From Cyanophora paradoxa CCMP329 (Eukaryota; Plantae; Glaucophyta), in NCBI GenBank assembly GCA_004431415.1, contig QPMI01000054.1, positions 388,236-452,235 of the forward strand: 64,000 nt of DNA, given 5' to 3'. The notes beneath the pieces are model-generated. The model made no database searches. It had not been told where the DNA came from and saw nothing but the letters and a program-made list of their open reading frames with translations. The stretch's first letter is position 1. Every line of letters starts with the position of its first letter. Position numbers and translations under genes: made by a program. Positions 56,801 to 64,000 of the stretch are shown piece after piece.

Positions 56801-58854
56801 GGTACGGCACCGACGGGGACGAAGCGGACGCGGCGCTCGGCGCCCCACTCGTTCAGCTGCGGGAAGACCTCCTTGTTCTAAAAATAGCGGAGAGGTCAGA
56901 ATCCTTCGCGCGGGACGGGAGGGGCACGGCTTACCAGGCAGTCTCGCTCGCCATGCATGTCAGCGAACGTCGAACTGGGGGAGGGTACGTGAGCGCCTCG
57001 TGTTTGGCGCGGGGTCAACGGGGGCCACACCTGATGAAGACGCGCACGTCCGCCCAGCCGCCTGCGAGCAAGGAGCGGAGGACATCAGGCGTCACGGGGA
57101 TAGAGGGTGGGGGGTACAGGAGCACCGGCGCGGTGGGCGGCGCGGGCGGCTTCGACGCGGCGCGCGAGGGTCGCCAGCGCCGCCTCCCGCAGCTTGGGGG
57201 GGGGGGGAGGTCGAGAGGGGGTACGTCATCAGCGAGGTCGGGGGCGGGGCGGGGGGCGGGCTGGTTGGGGCCCAACCTGCGTGACGGGGTGCGGGCGGCG
57301 GCGGGAGGAGCCTTTGGTGGACGCGCTCGCCGTAGCGGCGGCGGCGGCGGCCGGCGTCCCGCGGCGGGGCCCTGCGGCGCGCGGCGTCGGGGCAGGCGGG
57401 GAGGCGGGCCGGCGTGGGATGCGGGGGCACACCGGGGAGGCGCTGCGGTCGCGCTCGCTGCCGGAGCTGGAGCCGCCGCCCGGGCCGCCGCCGCCGGGGC
57501 CGCCGAGGGAGTAGAAGGGGCCGCGGCGGGAGGAGGAGTCGTGGGGGGAGAAGGTGCCGAGGGAGCGGGAGGAGGGCGAGGCGGTGGAGGCGGCGGGGGC
57601 GGCCAGCGCCTCGATCGCCCGCAGCGCCTTCTGCTCGTTCAGCGCCGCCGGCGCCGGCGGCGGGCTCGGCGGCGGCGGCGCACACTCCAGGCCCGCCACC
57701 GCCGCCTCGGGCGCCCACAGCCGGTCTGCGGGTGCGCGTCGGGGAGCGAGAGGGAGCGGGGCAAGGGACGGGGGGCGCACCGAAGTCGGAGTCGGAGGAG
57801 GGGACGGGGGCGCGTTGAGGGCGGCGGGGCGGGGCACGGGCGCGACGACGAGGCGGCTGCTGCCCGTGCCCGCCGCGCCCCCGGCGGAGGGACGTGGGCG
57901 AGGGGCGGCCGGCCGGCGGCGGCGGGGCCGAAGCTGCCGCGGCCCGTGGGCCCAACGGAGCGCGGGCGGCGGCGGGAGAGCGACTGGTACGGGTCCGTCG
58001 CCGACGGGGAGCCCGGCTCGGCAGGCGGGGACGCGGCGGGGGCGGCGGGGTGCCCGGGGGGGCCCGATCACCTGCGCGGGCGTGGGTACGGGCGCTGCGG
58101 GAGGGAGGGGTACGCCCCCGCCCGCACCCGCGCGATGCGGTCCTGGAAGGAAAGGAAGGAGGAGGCGGGGGGCGCCTCGGGGGCCCCCGGGGTACGCGTC
58201 GGGGTCCAGGGGGCGGGGGCGCGGCCGAGGCGGCGGGGGCCGGAGCGCGGGGTCGCTGGGGGAGTGGCGGGAGGCGGGCCGGAGGGCGCGCGAGGGCGTG
58301 AGCGCGCGGCGCGCCGCCGCCTCGGCGCCGAGGGCGAGGCCCGAGGGCGGGCGCCCGCTGGGGCCCGCCTTGGGCGCCGCCCCGGCGGAGGCGGGGAGGG
58401 CGGCCGGCGGCGGCTCGGAGGCTGGCGGCGGCTGGATGCGGGGCGTGCTGGGCGACACGGAGAGCGAGGGGCGCCGCGGCGGCTTCAGCGGGCTCCCCGC
58501 GCTCGCGTTCGCGCCCCCGTCGATCGAGGGCCTCCGGAGCGCTGCGCGAGCCCTCAGACGGGCGAAAGGGATTCGAGAGCGCCCTCGGAGCGCACCGTAG
58601 GTCGTGACGGGCCCCGCGCTGTGCCCCGCTTGGACGCGCAGGTCGCTCAGCCTCGGCTGCGGGAGCAGCGGCGCGGCTGGCAGAACTCCCCGCGATCCGG
58701 GCCTGATGGGGCTCACGGAGAGCGCGTACGCGCGGCTGGTAGGCGGAGAGAGCGCTGCAGCCGTGGGCGGCGCCCGAGAAGAGCGTTGCGGGGTCATGGC
58801 ACCGCCGCTGCGGGATCCGAGGGAGCTGCCCGTCTGCTGCGCGCGTTCTGCCAT
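50844..58854 (-). CDS. DUF4062 + NACHT/STAND P-loop NTPase + RI-type leucine-rich repeat protein with a disordered N-terminus
   Basis: VRVFI/SSTFADMHGERDCL, FVPVDLRWGVT, TCLDELDRCRP, LIGQRYGFVP (DUF4062); LLLLTGEPGVGKSSL (Walker A, ~55345-55372); VLIVIDACNQ (Walker B, ~54670-54700); LDLSGNALTNREA, LGRNRIGDAGAEALA, LDLFYNFVGDQG, LELGMNGITDLGAQ (LRR). Confidence 0.82.
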
Positions 58855-59359
58855 ATTTGGCAGCTACCGCTAATGGGCTAGCTACAGCGGCACATGAAAG
58901 TCAGGTGCGCGCCGGGGTCGACCGGCTCGCCTCGCCGAGCTCAGCATGCGCTCGGAAAGCGTTAGTGAGCCCTGCTTCATCGCGCCAAGCCCGGGAGCTC
59001 GAGCTCGGGTGGTCTGCAAATAGGGGTACGGTAAGGAACGACCAGGAATTGATCCTCGCAACCGGCCGTCTTTGGCACTGCCGACTCGTTTCGGCGCGTT
59101 CGAAAGGCAGGCGCGGCTCGGCCTGCGAGGAGACCGGCCAACCAGCCTGCCCGCGAAGTGCGCGAGTGTGCTTCGTCATAGAGCCTTCGACTCGTTCGAC
59201 GTGAGCGCTTCAGCGTGCGTCTTGCTGGTAAGAAGTTAGCCCACGCGCGCGCCGAGCCCTTCGGAACCTTCGTCGTGACAACGCCGAACTCATGCGTTCG
59301 TCGGCAGGCCGCACAGGATAGCTCCTGGCATCGCTCGCACGGGCGGCATGCACGGAGCG

Positions 59360-62300
59360 ATGGCGCGTGCCGGAACGCTGGTCGCGCTTGTCGCGCTCCT
59401 GGCGTGCGCCGGCATCTGTGTCGCGGCGGACGCCCCGTCTTCGGCCGCGGCGCCCCAGAAGGTTGTGCAGGTGCGCTCGCTCTCGCCTCTCGCCGGCCTC
59501 GCGCTGCCGGCGATCCGCCCGGCGGCAGGTCTCGCTCAAGGCCACGTGGGAGTCGACGCCCGTCCTCTTGGAGGCGAGGTGCGGCCAGCGCGCGCCGCGA
59601 ACGAGCCGCTCCGCGAGCGAGCGAGCCGCGCGCAGCGAGGCGGTGGCGGGCATCGGGGGCGAGGAGCTGTTCTGGGACTTCGCGGCGGCGGTAGCCGGCG
59701 GCGCCGGCGAGGGCGCGAGCGCGCGGGAGGCCTACGAGAAGGCCGCCCTGCCCGCCGCCGAGTCGCTCCTCTCCGGAGACGAGCTCAGCCTCCTCAAGAT
59801 CGCCCTCGCCGTCCGCGAGAAGTCCCCCGCCGTCCAGGCCCGCCCCACCCCCCTCGCCCCCGCCCCCGGCCCGCCCCCGTATCCGGCTCACCCCCGCACC
59901 CGTGCGTACCCCCGCAGGCCCAGTTTGAGCTCTCGGCGGACGTGTGCCAGCGGCTGTACTACCGCGGGGCCGTCGCTGCGGAGGCCAAGGGCGGGAAGGC
60001 GCCCGAGGGCCCGGTGGCCGTACCCCCCCTCGCCTTCGGGGCCGCCTGGGCGACCGTCGGCTCCGAGGAGCGCGTCGCCGGCTCTGCCGCCGAGCTCGAG
60101 GCTGCCCTCGGCTCCGCCACCGCCGACGGGTGCGCCCCCCGCCGGCCCCGCGCGCTGCGCCCGGCCCGATGCGAGCGCTTACCCCCCGCAGGTCCTCCCC
60201 CCGGCTCTACGAGCACGACCACGTGCTCCGTCCCCCCGGCTCGGGCGCCTCTACCCCCCTTGTTGTCCTGTACGGCCGCCTGGGGAGCCCCGCCCTGGCG
60301 CCCCTCTACGCGGCCGCCGCCGCCCTCGCCAAGCAGGGCGCGCCCGTACCCCCCTTCAATCGCGTACCCCCCTCCCGCCGCTCAGACGGGCGGCAGGCAA
60401 GGCGATTGTCGTCCTCAGACACTTCCGGGACTGCTCCTCCTCCTCCCCCGGCCAGGTGGGCGTACCCCCCTCGCCCTCTCCGCCGGGTCGGTCCTCGCTG
60501 AATCGCTGCCTTCTCCTCTACCCCCAGAGCGTCGGCAAGCCCATGGCCCTCCAGGGATACGGCGTCGAGGTGCGCCCGTACCATGCGGGATCCGCGTACC
60601 CCCGCCTCGGACCGAGCGCGGTACCCCCAGATGGCGATCAAGAACATGGAGTACATCGCCATCGATGACGCGAATGTGACCGGTACCCTCCAAACTCCCC
60701 TCCCCCTCCCTGCCTTTTTCTCACGTACCCCCGCAGGCAAGGCTGTGGACATGGAGGCGGAGGGGGCGTCCTCGGACGCCGATGCCTCCTCGGCCGTCCA
60801 GGTACCCCCCTCCTCCATCCCCCTCCACAAAATCTTGCCCCCTGAAGGCCCCCCTTCGCCACGTAGGAGGGCGTGGAGTCGTACCTGTTCGAGGCGCTGA
60901 TCAAGAAGAAGCCGTCGCGCCGGGCCGCCCTCGCCGCCCTCCGGTGCCCCGCCCCGCCCCCCGCCCCGCCCCTGCTCCCTGTGGCTAACAAGTTGATGGG
61001 CAGGGAGGAGGTGGCGTCGGGGGCGATGGCCTCCCGCCGCCTCACCGAGAAGCAGCTCCGCGGTCCGCCCGCCCGCCCCGCGCACGCGGAGGAGGCTGAG
61101 CCCGGACGGCGGCTGAGCCTGGCCGCGGGGCGCAGAGCTGGGGATCCAGGCGGCGCAGGCGGTGGGGTCGGCGGAGGACCCCCTGCGGCTGCTGCGGGAC
61201 GTCGCGTGGAACGCCCCGCTCCTCGCCCCCGTCCTCTACCGCCTCGGCGTCGACTCCGCCGTGCGCCCCTCCGCCGCGGGCGCCGCGCGTTCAGTCGCGC
61301 CGCGATGCGAGCCTGGCGGGGCGGGGGCAGGTGCGGCAGGAGGTGGCGGCGACGGGGCGGAGCTTCCGGGCCGGCGACTCGCGGCTCTTCCTCAACGGCC
61401 GCGAGCTCGACGCCGACACCACCGACCCCTTCAAGTGCCCCCGCCCCCTCGCCCCGCCCTTTCTCGCGCCGCCTCATCTCCTTCAGGCTGCTGGACGCGA
61501 TCCGGGAGGAGCTCGCCCTCGTCCGCCGCCTCCGGCCCCTCCGCCTCGCCCCCAAGTCCCTCCAGGCCCGCCCCCGCCCCGCCCCGCCTCGCTTCGTGTG
61601 CCGGCGCTCAAGGGGCGCCCCTCCGCCGGCGCAGCGCGTAATGGGCGCCGGCGTCTCGGCCCGCGAGGGGGGCGCGGGGGGCGCCTCCTCCGCCATCCGC
61701 GTCGACCACCGCGACGACTCGGGTCCGAGCGGGGCCCGCCCCGCGCGGCCCCGCCCCCGCCACCCCTGACGCGCCGCGGCGGCCCCAGTGCTCTACCTGA
61801 ACGACGTGGAGAACGACAAGCAGTACTCCCGCTGGCCCCGCTCCCTCTCTGAGGCGGGCCCCTCCCTCCGCGCCCCCTAGAGACGGAGTCTTCTCTTCGG
61901 TCTGACGCGGCGTGCCCCCCGCAGCTGCTGGCCCCTACGTGGCCGGGCCAGTTCCGCCAGATCCGCCGCAACATCTACACCGCCGTGCGCGCGACCCGCT
62001 CACCCCGGCTCTTGCGTCCCCTGTCCGGCTCACCCGGGGGTACCGCCCTCCAGGTCTTCGTGGTGGACCTCGGGACGACGGACGGGGCCGCGCTGGTCCG
62101 CTCACCCTCTTTTCTCCCCCAACCGTCTTCGTTTGGAGCGCCCAACGCGCACCACGCCGCAGGTGGCCCGCCTGTCGCGCTACATCCAGAACAACGCGCC
62201 CGTCCGCTTCGGAGTGGTCGCGTACCCCGCCACGCGCGCCCTCTCGCCCTCGTCGGACCCGGCCGCGGCGGCGGCGGCGGCGGCGGCGGCGGGCCCCGCT

Positions 62301-64000
62301 GCGCGGGAGGCGGGGCGGCGGCGGCTGCGGGCCCTCCTGGGGTCCGAGTCGGCGGTCTCGGAGGTGCTGGCGGGGCCGGCGGGGACGGCGGCGATGGCGG
62401 GCGGGGCGCACCCCGGGGCCCCCGGCGGGCTCGGCGGCGCCCTCCACGCGGAGGCCGACGGCGAGCTCTGCACCGCCCCGAGGCCCGCCGCCCCGCCCCC
62501 GCTTCTCCCCCGCATCCTGTCGCTCCGCCCGCTCCGCCCGCCTCACAGAGCGTCCGCGCGCAGCACGCCGATGGAGAAGCCGCCGTGCGCGGAGGACGAC
62601 GAGGCCAAGGCCGCCGAGGAGGAGGGCGAGAAGGAGGAGGCCGAGGCGCCGCCCGCCCTCAAGGTGCCCCCGGGCATCCCCTGGAGACCCCCTCCCTTCC
62701 TTCCGCCTCCTTCGTCTCACGCCCCTCTCCCCCGCGCAGTACGAGCAGACGGCGTCGCTGGCGGCGGCGAAGGCGTTCCACTACTTCGCGGCGCAGGGGC
62801 GGCCCTGGGCTCTCGCCTTCGCCTCCCAGGTGCCCCCTCCCCCCCGCCCTCCCGCCTTGGCTTCCCTCGCGCCGAGCGGCGGGCGGCGGCAGCTGGCGGC
62901 GGCCAAGGGCCCCGAGGAGGACGAGATGGAGAACCCGGGGGCGCCCCCGCCCGAGGGGCCCCTCGCCCTCGACGAGGTCAAGACCGCCTTCGAGCGCACC
63001 CTCGCCGCCCCGCCCCTCGGTCCGCTTGCTTCATCTTCCCCTCCTCCCTCGCTTCTCCGCGTCTCAGCCGCGGTCTCGCGCGCAGCGCGGAACGGGAAGA
63101 AGGTGCCGCTGAAGCGCAAGGCGAGCTTCGAGGAGGTCACGGAGGAGGGCGGCGAGTACGAGGCCGCCGCCGCCGCCGGCCTCGGCGTGGTCCGACTCTC
63201 TGCCCCCGGCCCCGCCCCCGCCACCTTCGTCCCCTCGCCCCCGCTCGGACCGACTGTACCCCCCAGGTGAAGCGGGCCGGCCTGGAGAACGCGCCTCTCC
63301 CCGTCATGTTCGTGAACGGGCGACCCTTCTCCGGCCGCGAGGCGCGTCCCCCCAAACGCCGTACCCCCCTCGTGGCCCTAACCGCTGGTCGCGAAGGTCG
63401 AGGGGCGCCTGTTCGAGGCTCTGCAGGAGGAAATGGTCATGCTCCAGACCCTCGTCCACACAGGGGTACCCTTTCTCCCGCCCGTCCCCGATTTTTCCGT
63501 CTCATCTTTCTCATTTCTCTCCCTCCCCCAGGCCATCCCGGACAAGACTGAGGACATTCTCGACGCGATCTTCTCGTGCGCCGTACCCCAGCACACTTCT
63601 TTTGCGTACCCCCTCATTCTCCTCGCCCCCTTGTTTTTGCCAGGGGCGCCAACGGGAAACTGTCGCCGGCGCTCCGCCGTTACCGCTCTTCCCTCTTCCC
63701 CGACGAGCCGTCCGCGGTACCCCCCCTACCCGTTCGACCACCCGTACCCCCCTCAGACCTCGCCCCCGCCAGCGGCACACGATGGAGCCCCCGCCGGGGG
63801 AGGAGGGCGCCGAGGCCGCGCCGCAGTTCAAGTGCGCCGCACCCCCTCCGCCCCCCGTCCTTGTGCGGTGCGAGCGCGAGCGCAGGTACGTGCCGCTGGC
63901 GCCGTGGATCCGGCCGGCGGCGCCCTCGTCGGACCTGGACCTCGACCTCGACCTCGGGGAGGAGGAGGACGAGGCCGCCAAGCCGGCCAAGGGCGCTGAG
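59360..64000 (+). CDS. UGGT: UDP-glucose:glycoprotein glucosyltransferase, N-terminal part (continues past the window end)
   Basis: Signal peptide; VSLKATWESTPVLLEASE, LYEHDHV, LQGYGVEMAIKNMEYIAIDD, YLNDVENDKQYSRWPRSL, PGQFRQIRRNIY. Confidence 0.92.

Noticed and set aside
56425-58881. 818-aa plus-strand ORF and similar Arg/Gly/Pro-rich ORFs
   Set aside because: Antisense to the DUF4062-NACHT-LRR gene; a GC-rich low-complexity artefact.

Overview
GC-rich eukaryotic nuclear DNA with many short introns (frequent GC-AG donors, CTGAC-type branch points). The intron style and a Phe-containing N-terminus on a cyanobacterial-type DUF2232 protein suggest an alga, possibly a Cyanophora-like glaucophyte (inference only). 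The dominant feature is a complete 16,942-bp Ty3/gypsy LTR retrotransposon (3271-20212) with 283-bp LTRs identical by eye, a 5-bp ATATG target-site duplication, a PBS and a PPT. Its gag-PR-RT-RH-IN coding region spans 14.6 kb, including about 2,400 aa of unrecognised sequence between Gag and protease. Its PBS has tRNA-Sec-like geometry, and three tandem repeats upstream of the PPT are complementary to the PBS. The element sits in an intron of a host gene encoding an EF-hand pair plus a heptad/hendecad/pentadecad coiled coil. Downstream host genes are an RLK/Pelle-IRAK-like kinase, DUF2232, an ODF3/SHIPPO-repeat protein, DPH7, FUN14, MAPEG, bestrophin, a C2 protein, a RING-H2 E3, an RWP-RK (RKD-like) transcription factor in an AT-richer island, a DUF4062-NACHT-LRR protein and UGGT (runs off the end). 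MITEs and palindrome-saturated intergenic DNA are also present. Many apparent frameshifts are single-base losses in G/C homopolymers and are probably assembly errors. Exon boundaries were read by eye and are approximate.
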